From a virus (Duplodnaviria; Caudoviricetes): a DNA stretch of 38,330 nt. Shown in pieces: positions 25,733 to 34,512 of this stretch; position 1 is the first letter of the stretch, and the number at the start of each line of letters is the position of its first letter. A model generated the notes under the pieces. It had not been told where the DNA came from, did no database searches, and saw only the letters and a program-made list of their open reading frames with translations. The stretch spans positions 1 to 38,330 of the IMG/VR virus record IMGVR_UViG_3300010048_000854; one strand, 5' to 3'. The translations under genes and the position numbers were made by a program.

Positions 25733-27916
25733 ATGAAACACACACTCTTGCGTCTCGGCTGGATTACCTGGCTGGGATTGTTTCTGACCTGCGGGGCTTT
25801 CGGGCAGATTTCCGGATCGATTACTTCGACGCAGTGCGTCTCGGTGGATGTCTCGCAGACCGGGAGCACGGTGGGAATTCAGGTCACCGGAACCTGGTCG
25901 GGGACGTTACAGCCGCAGATCACGATCCAGGGGAATGCGCCCGTCAATACCGTCGTTACTCCCGTCGGGAGCACAACTTCCCAATCCACCATTACCGCCA
26001 ATGGAGGCTTTACTGCAGCAGTCGCCGGAGCATCCACGTTTCAGGTCTGCGGAAATACAGTGGGCTCGGGAACGGCGACAGTGTTCCTGAATCGGTCGCA
26101 GGCGGCAGTGAAATCTGGGGGCGGCGGAGCGGCGACTCCTGCCGGGATTCAGTCCGCACTCCAGCCCGGTATCTATGCCACAACTTACGGCGTGGTCGGA
26201 GAGGGTCATCTTTCCTTCAAGGGGAACTTTACAAACACGTCTCCGATCATCACCTGTTCTGACTGCCACTTTCTTACGAATGCGACAGTCGGACAGGTGG
26301 TGTTCGGATCAACCTTGACTACCATTGGCTTCTCGTCTACCACGACCCTTCTGCTGGGCGCGAATGGCACGGATACGACGATAGCCTCCATCGACAGCGA
26401 TACCCAAATTCACGCTTCCACCAATGCCCTCGGAACCTGCGCAGGAACGTGCTTTATCACTTGGGGCACGTATGAAGATACCCAGCTCACGAACGCATGG
26501 AATGCAGCTTACGGGGCTTGCACCATGCTCACGCTTCCTGCCCTGAATCCCGAGGGCACGGGTCCAGCGGTCATATTCGTCAAGTCCGCACAGTTTATCG
26601 GGAATGGAACCTGTCTTGGGGCAGGCGGAACGGGCTTCTATGGCGTGGGGGTGCAGGGAAGTGGAGGCTCCGGTCAGACGTTCGTCATGGTTACCCCGAA
26701 CATGAGTGCGGCGACTTGCACAACCGCCTGTTTTTTCGGCGGCGTCTCAGACGGAATGAACCTCCAGCATTTCACAATTCACGGCGGCGGAAACTCAGTT
26801 CCGGGAAGCGGATTTAACGGGAAGATCGGAGTGCAGATCGCGGCGGCGAATGAATCAAAGCTTTATGACGTTCTATTCATGATGTGGGGCGGGAATCAGT
26901 TTGCAAGCGCATCGTCATTCTTTACCGGCTTAGATTTTCACGGCGGTCAGATTCGACTGATGCAAGCGGGGGAAGATGGTTTTGGCTCAGTTGGAATCAC
27001 GACGACCTCCAGCGGAAATTTAGGGCCTATGCTCTTTTGGGGGCTGGGGGCTTACGACAACAACTTGGTTAACATGCTCGTAGAGTCTGGAGCGAACGTT
27101 CCGGTTTCTAGCTATGGCGGAAGTTATGGGGGCGTCAATTCTGGGAACTCTGGCATCTTGGGAGGGGTGGACATCGCGGTAGTAAACGGCACCACGTTTT
27201 ACTCAGAAGGCGACACTATCGGCATCAACAATCAATTAGCCTTTGAGAACATCATTTCGGGAATCGTCCTTGCTCAGGCGGGCTCCGCTTCCACTACGTA
27301 TATCGAAGGCGACATCATTCAGAATGCGATGGGCGGGACCGGGATTTTCATGATTGGGCAGAATGGAGCAACCAATCCAATCTTTGTCCGAAATTCCAAA
27401 ATCACCAGTCCGGGAACTTCGGGCCAAATTATGTCACCCAATGGAACAATTTTCGATATGGGCGGGAATACGTTCTCGACCGGAGCGGGAGGGCTAATCT
27501 ACAAGGCTACCTCGACAGGCTCCTATCGGTCAGACGGGCGCAGCGTGAACGGAACCTGTACGGGGGTGGGAACTGCAGCCTCCACGCTGGGACTCTTCGG
27601 AACCGGGCCAAACGAGACTTTAACGACCTGCACATCCACGACGATTGGCTCTGGAATCGTGATGCAAGCTGCGGGCAACCTGCAAATTTTGACGGCGAAT
27701 GCCAGCGCGGGAGGGGTCAATGCCTCCAGCGGAGTAGTGACCGTACTCAAGAATGGCGGGGCGACGGCGCTAACTTGCACATTGGGAACTGCGACATTTT
27801 GCGCTGATGGCGCACATACCGTCTCCTATGTTGCAGGAGACTTGATTTCCCTGCAGTTCACCACGCAGGCCGCCGATACGCTCGCAGGCGTCAAGGCTTC
27901 AGTAAGCGAGTTCTAG
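25733..27916 (+). CDS. Tailspike-like, probable beta-helix protein with signal peptide
   Basis: AFG/Q signal. YGVVGEG...EDTQLTNAWNAA resembles a beta-helix cap. Gly/Thr-rich, 14 Cys in the mature part. Confidence 0.7.
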   Translation: MKHTLLRLGWITWLGLFLTCGAFGQISGSITSTQCVSVDVSQTGSTVGIQVTGTWSGTLQPQITIQGNAPVNTVVTPVGSTTSQSTITANGGFTAAVAGASTFQVCGNTVGSGTATVFLNRSQAAVKSGGGGAATPAGIQSALQPGIYATTYGVVGEGHLSFKGNFTNTSPIITCSDCHFLTNATVGQVVFGSTLTTIGFSSTTTLLLGANGTDTTIASIDSDTQIHASTNALGTCAGTCFITWGTYEDTQLTNAWNAAYGACTMLTLPALNPEGTGPAVIFVKSAQFIGNGTCLGAGGTGFYGVGVQGSGGSGQTFVMVTPNMSAATCTTACFFGGVSDGMNLQHFTIHGGGNSVPGSGFNGKIGVQIAAANESKLYDVLFMMWGGNQFASASSFFTGLDFHGGQIRLMQAGEDGFGSVGITTTSSGNLGPMLFWGLGAYDNNLVNMLVESGANVPVSSYGGSYGGVNSGNSGILGGVDIAVVNGTTFYSEGDTIGINNQLAFENIISGIVLAQAGSASTTYIEGDIIQNAMGGTGIFMIGQNGATNPIFVRNSKITSPGTSGQIMSPNGTIFDMGGNTFSTGAGGLIYKATSTGSYRSDGRSVNGTCTGVGTAASTLGLFGTGPNETLTTCTSTTIGSGIVMQAAGNLQILTANASAGGVNASSGVVTVLKNGGATALTCTLGTATFCADGAHTVSYVAGDLISLQFTTQAADTLAGVKASVSEF

Positions 27917-27952
27917 CCTCCGCACTTCTCTCTCAAAAGGATTCCTCGGGCC

Positions 27953-28231
27953 ATGTCCAAACTCTGGCAGTACCTCCGCGATTTCTGGAATAACTTACCC
28001 CATACCGTACAGGGCGGATTGATTGCATTCGCTTCGGGCTTTGCCGCTGCAGCCGCGCATTATCTCACCGACGAAACGGCCTGTTTCAGCCTCGCCTGTG
28101 TTCGCCACGTCGTACCTACGTTTATCGCCGCGGGCGTAGTCGCACTCCGGGCGTTCTACCTGATCCCTTCATCTCACAACGGAAACGGAAATGGGCCTCT
28201 ACCAACTCCTCCGCCAGCTCCGCGCGCCTGA
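27953..28231 (+). CDS. Putative holin
   Basis: 92 aa, two hydrophobic segments, upstream of the endolysin. Confidence 0.5.
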   Translation: MSKLWQYLRDFWNNLPHTVQGGLIAFASGFAAAAAHYLTDETACFSLACVRHVVPTFIAAGVVALRAFYLIPSSHNGNGNGPLPTPPPAPRA

Positions 28232-28520
28232 TCCCCCGCCGAAGCTCGATCCCCGAATCTGGCATGTCTACCACCAGAGTCAGGGAATCTTTCCGGGCTA
28301 TGACGAGCTCCGCGATCCGAGCCGACTGCAGCGGGACATCAACTGCGCGCACGATCACATCCGAATCCTGGTGCATACCAATGACGCACTGATGGCGAAC
28401 CTGATGTACGAGCGGGCGTGGAGAAAATTGCTCTTGTGGGCTCTTGGGGCGACCTGGGCCGGGATCGGCGGATTGCTGGCCTGGCTGATTCCGTTCGCGG
28501 TGAAGGGAATGGCGCGGTGA
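28191..28520 (+). CDS. Membrane-anchored protein, lysis module
   Basis: 109 aa, C-terminal TM segment, GTGA-coupled to the endolysin. Confidence 0.6.
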   Translation: MGLYQLLRQLRAPDPPPKLDPRIWHVYHQSQGIFPGYDELRDPSRLQRDINCAHDHIRILVHTNDALMANLMYERAWRKLLLWALGATWAGIGGLLAWLIPFAVKGMAR

Positions 28521-28942
28521 TCGCCAATCTTCGAGACCAACTCGAACGCGACGAAGGGCGGCGCGCGGCAGTCTACCCGGATTCCCTGGGCTACTGGACC
28601 ATCGGCGTAGGAATCTGCGTAGATGCGCGGAAGGGTTGCGGACTTCTGCCCGAGGAAATCGACTTCATTCTGGATAACCGGATCGCCAAAGCCCGGAAAG
28701 AGCTCTCCTCCATTCTGCCCTGGACCGATACACTGGATCCGATCCGCCGAGATGCGCTGGTGAATCTGGTTTTCAATCTCGGAATCTCGGGCCTAGTGGA
28801 ATTCCGGCACTTTCTGGCAGCGCTTCAACTGGGTGATTGGCAGACCGCGAAAGCTCAACTCCTCGACTCCACCGCCGACCACCAGGAGCCCGCCCGCATC
28901 GGACGACTCGCCGAACAGATTCTTACCGGGCAATGGCAGTAA
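28517..28942 (+). CDS. Endolysin, GH24/T4-lysozyme-like
   Basis: DEGRRAAVYPDSLGYWTIGVG (E-x8-D-x5-T triad), LVNLVFNLG. Confidence 0.9.
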   Translation: MIANLRDQLERDEGRRAAVYPDSLGYWTIGVGICVDARKGCGLLPEEIDFILDNRIAKARKELSSILPWTDTLDPIRRDALVNLVFNLGISGLVEFRHFLAALQLGDWQTAKAQLLDSTADHQEPARIGRLAEQILTGQWQ

Positions 28943-29038
28943 CCCGAATCGGTCCCAGTGACGACGTTTTTGATCAACGCCATCTGGGAGTACATCACCC
29001 AAAACTATTCACACATCGATCCCAAAGGAGCAAAGAAC

Positions 29039-29491
29039 ATGAGCTTTAAATCCTGGTTGTACGCTGTCGGAGAAGACTTCAAAAAGGGACTGGACTTCAT
29101 TCTGCCCTGGGCCGAAACCGCCGGCGAAGCCGCCGTCTCGATCTTCGCCCCCGCTCTCGGTCCCATGTTCAATTCCACCGTAACCGCAGTCGCCCAGGCG
29201 GAGCAGAATTTCTCAGCGCTCGGGAAGCAGACCGGTTCGGGCCCACAGAAGCTCGCCGCAGTGGTCGGAATCGTCGGAGGGCTGATCAAGAAAGGCCTGG
29301 AAGATGCCGGGAAATCTGCCACAGATACCGACGTGCAGAACTACATCAATGCGGTGGTAGCGATCCTGAACGCTGCACCCGGCGCCGGCAGCAAAGCCCT
29401 AGACCATGGACCCGTTTCAGGGCTTAGCCTCATTCATTCTTGGAAAATTGGAGCAGAGTACCGCTGCGGCCTGGGCGAAATTTGGCTTTGA
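29039..29491 (+). CDS. Hypothetical protein, lysis region
   Basis: AAGGAG RBS before MSFKSW. The 3' end overlaps the next ORF. Confidence 0.65.
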   Translation: MSFKSWLYAVGEDFKKGLDFILPWAETAGEAAVSIFAPALGPMFNSTVTAVAQAEQNFSALGKQTGSGPQKLAAVVGIVGGLIKKGLEDAGKSATDTDVQNYINAVVAILNAAPGAGSKALDHGPVSGLSLIHSWKIGAEYRCGLGEIWL

Positions 29492-29726
29492 ATTGCTTTT
29501 CTCGGCGGTTGTTTCCTTCCTGATCATCTGCGGAGGCGCGCTGGTGGCGGGCGGGGAGGCGGGGTTCTCGATTGGGGCGGGGATGGTGGCGGCGGCCTTG
29601 TCGCTGACGGTGCTGTTCCGGCGGGAGAATTCCAAGCTCACCAAGGGAATGCTGGTGGTTTTGCCGGCGGCGGAGGCGGCAAAGGAGATCGCGAGCGACT
29701 TCGAGACGATTCAGAAACCGAAATAA
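29406..29726 (+). CDS. Two-TM membrane protein, holin candidate
   Basis: 106 aa with two hydrophobic helices. Confidence 0.6.
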   Translation: MDPFQGLASFILGKLEQSTAAAWAKFGFELLFSAVVSFLIICGGALVAGGEAGFSIGAGMVAAALSLTVLFRRENSKLTKGMLVVLPAAEAAKEIASDFETIQKPK

Positions 29727-29733
29727 TTTTTCC

Positions 29734-29997
29734 TCAACTCTGTGATTTAGCAGGGGGCGGAAAGGCAGACTTGCCCGGAGGCGTCATGTTGCGCTCGTTT
29801 TGACGGTTAAGGTCATCGAGTTGCCGCTGAAGCCTCTGGGCATTTTTGTCCCGTTGAGCCGCCTTGAGCTGCAGGTCGCGGGATTGCTTTAAGACCTGCT
29901 GTTGCACAACTTTCCGTTGTAGCTCGACCGATTGGGCCAGAATTTGCGCTGGAGTAGGTGGGGATTGCAGAACAAAGAAAAGAAGAATGACGGGCAC
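29734..29997 (-). CDS. Gln-rich coiled-coil protein with hydrophobic N-terminus
   Basis: GGAGG RBS before GTG 29997. Confidence 0.55.
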   Translation of the reverse strand: MPVILLFFVLQSPPTPAQILAQSVELQRKVVQQQVLKQSRDLQLKAAQRDKNAQRLQRQLDDLNRQNERNMTPPGKSAFPPPAKSQS

Positions 29998-30030
29998 AGG
30001 ACCCTCCCGAAACAGACCGAAGTCTAGCAT

Positions 30031-30060
30031 AAAAAGAGGGCAGCCCTGAAGAGGCTGCCC
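30031..30060 (-). terminator. Intrinsic terminator
   Basis: GGGCAGCC-7nt-GGCTGCCC then TCTTTTT, just after the stop at 30067. Confidence 0.8.
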
Positions 30061-30066
30061 GGTTAT

Positions 30067-31878
30067 TCACTGAAGCTGATGCACGTGAGTTCCCCCTGCT
30101 TGATGCACAGGCAGAGCATCCGAATTCTTCTCTGCATAAACAGGCTTCTTGGGATCAAGATCCTCTGCCTTTGCAAAGATTGTTACTGGATTCGTTACGG
30201 TCAAGGTGCAATCCCCCGGCATTTCATCGTTGGGCACCAGCTTCTGTAATGCATGTCCCGCATCGCCTTCTGGGGTGTAGTACGGAGGTTCCGGTGGTTG
30301 GTTCGGAGGAAAGCACGCCTCCGAGCCTGTGACAATGTTTCCGGAGATGGGATCGAACTCAGCAAAGCATTTATCATAGGCCAGCCATCCGCCCATCTGG
30401 GTCGGGCCTGGACCTAACAAACTCGTGCCCACCGAGGTCAAGTCGGCCAGTTTGTTCGCTGGAATTCCCGCTCGCGCAAAGAATAAGAAATCCGGAGTCT
30501 CTCCCACTGGGATGTTGCTGCAAGATGCTCCGACCGGGTACAGCGAAACGGCTATCCCGTCATAGTTGCCCCAAGCGGAGGAAGCGCCGCCTGTCCATTT
30601 CCCGTAGGTATGCGCAATCCAACTGTTGACCACGTAAACGGTTTTCCCTCCGTTTACGAAGTTCGGCCCCGCTACCGGACAATCTACGTTGTCCACTGAC
30701 CCGTCACCCGCGTCCCCATTGGAGAATCCGTCAAAGGTGGCGGTCGCATCCATCTTGTCGACCTCATTTGCGGTCTGGCCGGAGAGATATTGTTCGGGGG
30801 CCGAAACGCCTCCCAGCGTCAACACGGAGTGCATTGTATGGACGGTGGCGGGGCAGGGTGAAGGGTTGCACGTCGTATGTACTTCAAAGTGGTGCTTCCA
30901 TTGCACCGCCCCGAGAGAGAGCGCCGCCGCGTAGTTATTACTGGTCCGAAAGTCAGTTACAAACATTGTGCCGAAGGCAAAGCCCACTTCCGCCCTGCGC
31001 AAATTGATGGCGATCTCGGTCCATGCCCCGTTGTAGAGTGCAAAGGCCGCGTAGACGCCGTAGCGATTGTCACCAAGGGCATAATGAGTTGAACCAAGAA
31101 ACGGATCGTTGACCGGGTAGGATGTGGTGATGGTATACCCCGAGGGCGAACCCGGAAGTGCTGACCATCCACTCCATGTGCCTCCGGGGTCTTTGCTGAG
31201 CGTGTTGGCATACGGAATACCATTTCGCACGGCATCCACGCGCAGGCCATCCGCAGACACCCGAACACCCGTCACGTTGCCTGTCCCGGGAACTGGTGCG
31301 AATACCGTCCACGCATTGGATGGACCGGACCAAAAATTTACCTGATAGCCCGTGGAGTCCACGATGACGCCGGAATTGTTGGCTGCAACGGAGATTCCCG
31401 CTTGCACGAGAACACAGCCAAACGCACCTTGCCAGGCTGTTCCATTCCAGAGATACATGTCGGCATGGCCGGAGGCACAGGAGCCTTGGGTGTTGCTGAT
31501 GCCCCAACTCTGGCCATTTTCCTGGCCGGGTTGATTGAGCGCAGCGAAGGCAATCTGCTGCATCGAGGTTCCGTACTGGGTGAGCTTCGTGAAATTTCCA
31601 GTGTTACCCATGAAGTCCACGCTGTAGATGTTTCGATTGACATCCATGAAGTAGACCGAGCCGTCACTCGCCCCAGTAGTGGCTCCCCCGGTGAGCGCCA
31701 CTGGCGATTGCAGAAAATCATGGACACAGTTCAGACTGGCGGAGCAGATGGGGACACTCGAGACTGGCGTCAGTGTGTTTTGAATGTTGCCGATACTCCC
31801 GGTCATGGTGAGCGTTTGCGCCTCACTCCATGGCAGGAATACCAGAAACAGCAGAAGGGTTAAAATTCGTGAAGCCAT
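30067..31878 (-). CDS. Secreted Cys/Trp-rich beta protein, possible propeller (moron)
   Basis: 603 aa, SEA/Q signal peptide, recurring WNGTAW/YNGAW-type strands, own terminator. Confidence 0.75.
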   Translation of the reverse strand: MASRILTLLLFLVFLPWSEAQTLTMTGSIGNIQNTLTPVSSVPICSASLNCVHDFLQSPVALTGGATTGASDGSVYFMDVNRNIYSVDFMGNTGNFTKLTQYGTSMQQIAFAALNQPGQENGQSWGISNTQGSCASGHADMYLWNGTAWQGAFGCVLVQAGISVAANNSGVIVDSTGYQVNFWSGPSNAWTVFAPVPGTGNVTGVRVSADGLRVDAVRNGIPYANTLSKDPGGTWSGWSALPGSPSGYTITTSYPVNDPFLGSTHYALGDNRYGVYAAFALYNGAWTEIAINLRRAEVGFAFGTMFVTDFRTSNNYAAALSLGAVQWKHHFEVHTTCNPSPCPATVHTMHSVLTLGGVSAPEQYLSGQTANEVDKMDATATFDGFSNGDAGDGSVDNVDCPVAGPNFVNGGKTVYVVNSWIAHTYGKWTGGASSAWGNYDGIAVSLYPVGASCSNIPVGETPDFLFFARAGIPANKLADLTSVGTSLLGPGPTQMGGWLAYDKCFAEFDPISGNIVTGSEACFPPNQPPEPPYYTPEGDAGHALQKLVPNDEMPGDCTLTVTNPVTIFAKAEDLDPKKPVYAEKNSDALPVHQAGGTHVHQLQ

Positions 31879-32067
31879 AGATCGAAGGTTCTCCTCTCAA
31901 GGTTGGTCTTTCGATTTGTGGTCAGGCTCCGAGTTCCGTTTGCACCGGGCTCGGGGCCGCTCTTGCCTTTCTAAAATGCCGTTACTTTCCCTTGCTCGGA
32001 TTGGGTTGGGTCGCGCTCACTTGCTCTCCTCTTCCGCATCGCATCGTCTCGCGCTCTGCTTTCTCCG

Positions 32068-32457
32068 TCATCGCGTCACCTCGGCTCTGAAAATTACTAT
32101 GCAACTGGGAAAAGGGGCACTGTTCTTGCTTCCTCCGAATCGCAACCGTCCGCGAATGAACCGTATTTCGTCCGCATTCATCGCGTGGTCATGCCACCAT
32201 TTTGTATCGGTACGGGATGGGACTAGAAACACTGCCAAATCTGCCTCATGTGCTTTAGAGATCCAGTCCTTGATGGCGCTATACGGCGGATTGCAAAACA
32301 CGCGCTCGCCCTTCCATGATCTCAATCCCGCTAGATGGTCAACCTGTTGCAGTGGGCAGGGGTCCAACGTGAAGCTAAATTCTCGATTCAATGCCTCGTA
32401 AACGTCGCTAGGCGTTCCCCAGTCGTCGGATTGCTTAGAAAACAAGACCCGCCTCAC
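32068..32457 (-). CDS. dam: Phage DNA N6-adenine methyltransferase
   Basis: DDWGTP, FTLDPC, FCNPPYS, VPSRTDT, GRLRF. Confidence 0.9.
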   Translation of the reverse strand: MRRVLFSKQSDDWGTPSDVYEALNREFSFTLDPCPLQQVDHLAGLRSWKGERVFCNPPYSAIKDWISKAHEADLAVFLVPSRTDTKWWHDHAMNADEIRFIRGRLRFGGSKNSAPFPSCIVIFRAEVTR

Positions 32458-32479
32458 TCGCGCTCCCTCGCTTCCTCAC

Positions 32480-32659
32480 TCATCCCCTGCCTCCCTTCTG
32501 CTTCCGCTTCTGCGTCGGCTTCACTTTGGGAGCTTCGATCTCCGGGCGCGAACACATGTGATGTTCGCCTGATTTCACCAAAACTCGGCAGAGTGGACAG
32601 TTCATATCCATCCCGAGAACATACAGCGAGCAATCTTCATAACTAACCTTAGCCTTCAT
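32480..32659 (-). CDS. Small Zn-finger-like protein
   Basis: 59 aa, CPLC...HHMC, coupled to the upstream ORF. Confidence 0.55.
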   Translation of the reverse strand: MKAKVSYEDCSLYVLGMDMNCPLCRVLVKSGEHHMCSRPEIEAPKVKPTQKRKQKGGRG

Positions 32660-32885
32660 TTCGCCTGCTCCTTTGTCGCTTCCGCTTCTGCGTCGAGCGC
32701 TGCCGCGCATGATGCCTGTGCCAAGTTTCCAAATCGGCACCACTGGCGCATGCGCTAAACCGAAATTCTGTACAGCCACAGAAGCACAGGAATTTTCCGA
32801 CGCTTGTCTGTTTATGTTGCGACCGGAAATCTCCGCAATAACACAAGTCACTGCCGATTGGCGATCCGTGCGTGTACTCCCTCAT
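32649..32885 (-). CDS. Small Cys/His-rich protein
   Basis: 78 aa, CYCG...H...CFCGCTEF, ATGA coupling. Confidence 0.6.
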   Translation of the reverse strand: MREYTHGSPIGSDLCYCGDFRSQHKQTSVGKFLCFCGCTEFRFSACASGADLETWHRHHARQRSTQKRKRQRSRRNEG

Positions 32886-33067
32886 GCGCTCCCCTCAGAG
32901 AAGACTTTTAAAACTCTCCGCTCATTGGGATAAGAATCGGCCGGCGGATGCTTCCAGAACCAGCTGGTCGGATAGCATTCCTGGGCGATCCGTTTGGCGG
33001 CCAGATCGTTGAGATAGGAAATGCGACTTTCAGTTTCGGTAGATTTCGGTTCGGCCTCAGAGTTCAT
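32882..33067 (-). CDS. Hypothetical protein
   Basis: 61 aa, ATGA coupling at both ends. Confidence 0.55.
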   Translation of the reverse strand: MNSEAEPKSTETESRISYLNDLAAKRIAQECYPTSWFWKHPPADSYPNERRVLKVFSEGSA

Positions 33068-33468
33068 GCGGTTTTGTCTTTGGGTGTGGTCGGGTGAAGG
33101 GTAGGGGATGGTTTCTTCTTCGATTGCAGCCAACGGTAATCGGCCAAAATATCGGCGATGATGTTTTCAGGTGGTGTGTGGTCCGGGAAGCGCAGGGTCC
33201 GGATTCCCAGCATCTCCAGATCGGCGTCGCGTTTCCGATCGCGCTCCGGGTCGTGCCACTGGCCGTCAATCTCCACGACCATCCGCCAGCGGGGACACCA
33301 GAAATCCACAATGTATCCACCGATGACGTATTGACGTTTAAAGCGGGCGCCGATCTGCTTTTTACGAAGAAACTTCCAGAGTGAATCTTCCGCGATGGTC
33401 GGATGCTGGCGCTGGAGTTTCGCCTGAGCGGTAAGGGCGGGATCGACTCGGGAGCGCGCTAGATGCAT
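33064..33468 (-). CDS. DUF559/Vsr-like endonuclease
   Basis: AEDSLWKFLR, FKRQY, YIVDF, VEIDGQWH, RDADL..LG..TLRF. GGAGG RBS. Confidence 0.88.
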   Translation of the reverse strand: MHLARSRVDPALTAQAKLQRQHPTIAEDSLWKFLRKKQIGARFKRQYVIGGYIVDFWCPRWRMVVEIDGQWHDPERDRKRDADLEMLGIRTLRFPDHTPPENIIADILADYRWLQSKKKPSPTLHPTTPKDKTA

Positions 33469-33634
33469 AGCGCCTCCGAAATGCACAGGGTTGACCCGAC
33501 TTCGGAAACGATTCTTTTAGGTGGGGCGAGAGAGTATGAGAGAGCGGGGAGGGGTGGTCTGTCAACAGGGAATCCGCATGCTTTCATAGTGTTTCTTGTG
33601 CAAAAACTGAATAAGTTGTGCGGCTTTGTGCGAA

Positions 33635-34204
33635 TCACGCGGCCTCCTTGAAATGCACGACTCGGAAGCATCCGAATGGTCCGCGCTTTTCTGGCCGGAA
33701 ATCCCCGATGCCAATGTACTGGCCTGCCTCTTCCAGAAGTTTGTGGGCGTCCTCAATTGAAAGCGCATTCTCGTCCAGCAGGAGCGTGAACTTCGCGCCC
33801 CAGACATCGAAGCGTGGCCGGTAGCGCATAATGCGGCCCTTGGTGGCGGGGATGGTGACGGGCCGAGAATCTACTTCGAAGCGTTTGGCCGGGCCGTCTC
33901 CGTTGAGAATGGTGATGGTTTCGGCTTGAATGCGGACCGCTGAAGGCACAATGAAGCGCAGAGTCTTTCGTGATCCCCGCATCTTGTGATTCGCGCCTGC
34001 GTTGGCCATGCAGTTCGGGATGCTGAAGGCGCTGAAGTAGAAAGTGCCGTCTCCGGCGATGTAGGCCGCCTTGGTGGCTTCAGCGAGCGGATCGCGCTGC
34101 TGGACAACCATTCGGCGAGTTGGCTTGGCTTGTTCCGAGTCTTCGTGAAATCTGTGAATAAGTAATGGCGACGTACCGCGAATTTCGACCGTGATTTGTT
34201 TCAT
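33635..34204 (-). CDS. Stand-alone RAMP/Cas7-like RNA-binding protein
   Basis: 189 aa. N-terminal strand ITVEIRGTSPLLIH and C-terminal Gly-rich loop GIGDFRPEKRGPFGCFRV. GGGAG RBS. Confidence 0.7.
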   Translation of the reverse strand: MKQITVEIRGTSPLLIHRFHEDSEQAKPTRRMVVQQRDPLAEATKAAYIAGDGTFYFSAFSIPNCMANAGANHKMRGSRKTLRFIVPSAVRIQAETITILNGDGPAKRFEVDSRPVTIPATKGRIMRYRPRFDVWGAKFTLLLDENALSIEDAHKLLEEAGQYIGIGDFRPEKRGPFGCFRVVHFKEAA

Positions 34205-34213
34205 AAAAGCTCC

Positions 34214-34283
34214 CTGCCCTGCCCCGCCGAACCACGCCATACCCCGCCTAGCCACGCCTAGCCCGGCCTTGCCTCGCCATGCC
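34214..34283 (-). repeat. (GGY-NN)x14 pentamer array, candidate guide RNA
   Basis: GGC AT GGC GA GGC AA GGC CG GGC TA GGC GT GGC TA GGC GG GGT AT GGC GT GGT TC GGC GG GGC AG GGC AG, in unbroken 5-nt register. Confidence 0.9.
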
Positions 34284-34512
34284 GCAAGTCTGGAGTAGAT
34301 ATAAGGCCGTAGATGTATCTGTGTTCGATCACCACCTCCAAGCACTTCCCGCAAGTGTTCAACTTGTTCAGGGAGTCATAGAAGTTGCAGGACTCGGCGT
34401 CGATATCGAACATGAAGACGAAGCTGGAGTCCGGGACTCGCTTTCCGCAGAGAGCGACGTATTCGAGGCCTTCGCGGAGGGGATCATCGGAATCGAGGAG
34501 ATGGGCTTTCAT
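34258..34512 (-). CDS. Hypothetical protein (ALCG...CGKC)
   Basis: 84 aa, ATGA coupling, stop falls inside the GGY array. Confidence 0.65.
   Translation of the reverse strand: MKAHLLDSDDPLREGLEYVALCGKRVPDSSFVFMFDIDAESCNFYDSLNKLNTCGKCLEVVIEHRYIYGLISTPDLRHGEARPG

Noticed and set aside
29530-29600. G-rich tract resembling a second GGY array
   Set aside because: No 5-nt register. Explained by Gly/Ala codons of a TM protein.
34214-34283. CRISPR array
   Set aside because: No 25-40 bp repeats with unique spacers here, and I saw none elsewhere in the window.
34205-34354. N-terminal extension of the 239-aa ORF (AAWRGKAGLGVARRG...)
   Set aside because: It is the GGY array read in frame. The RBS supports the start at 34204.
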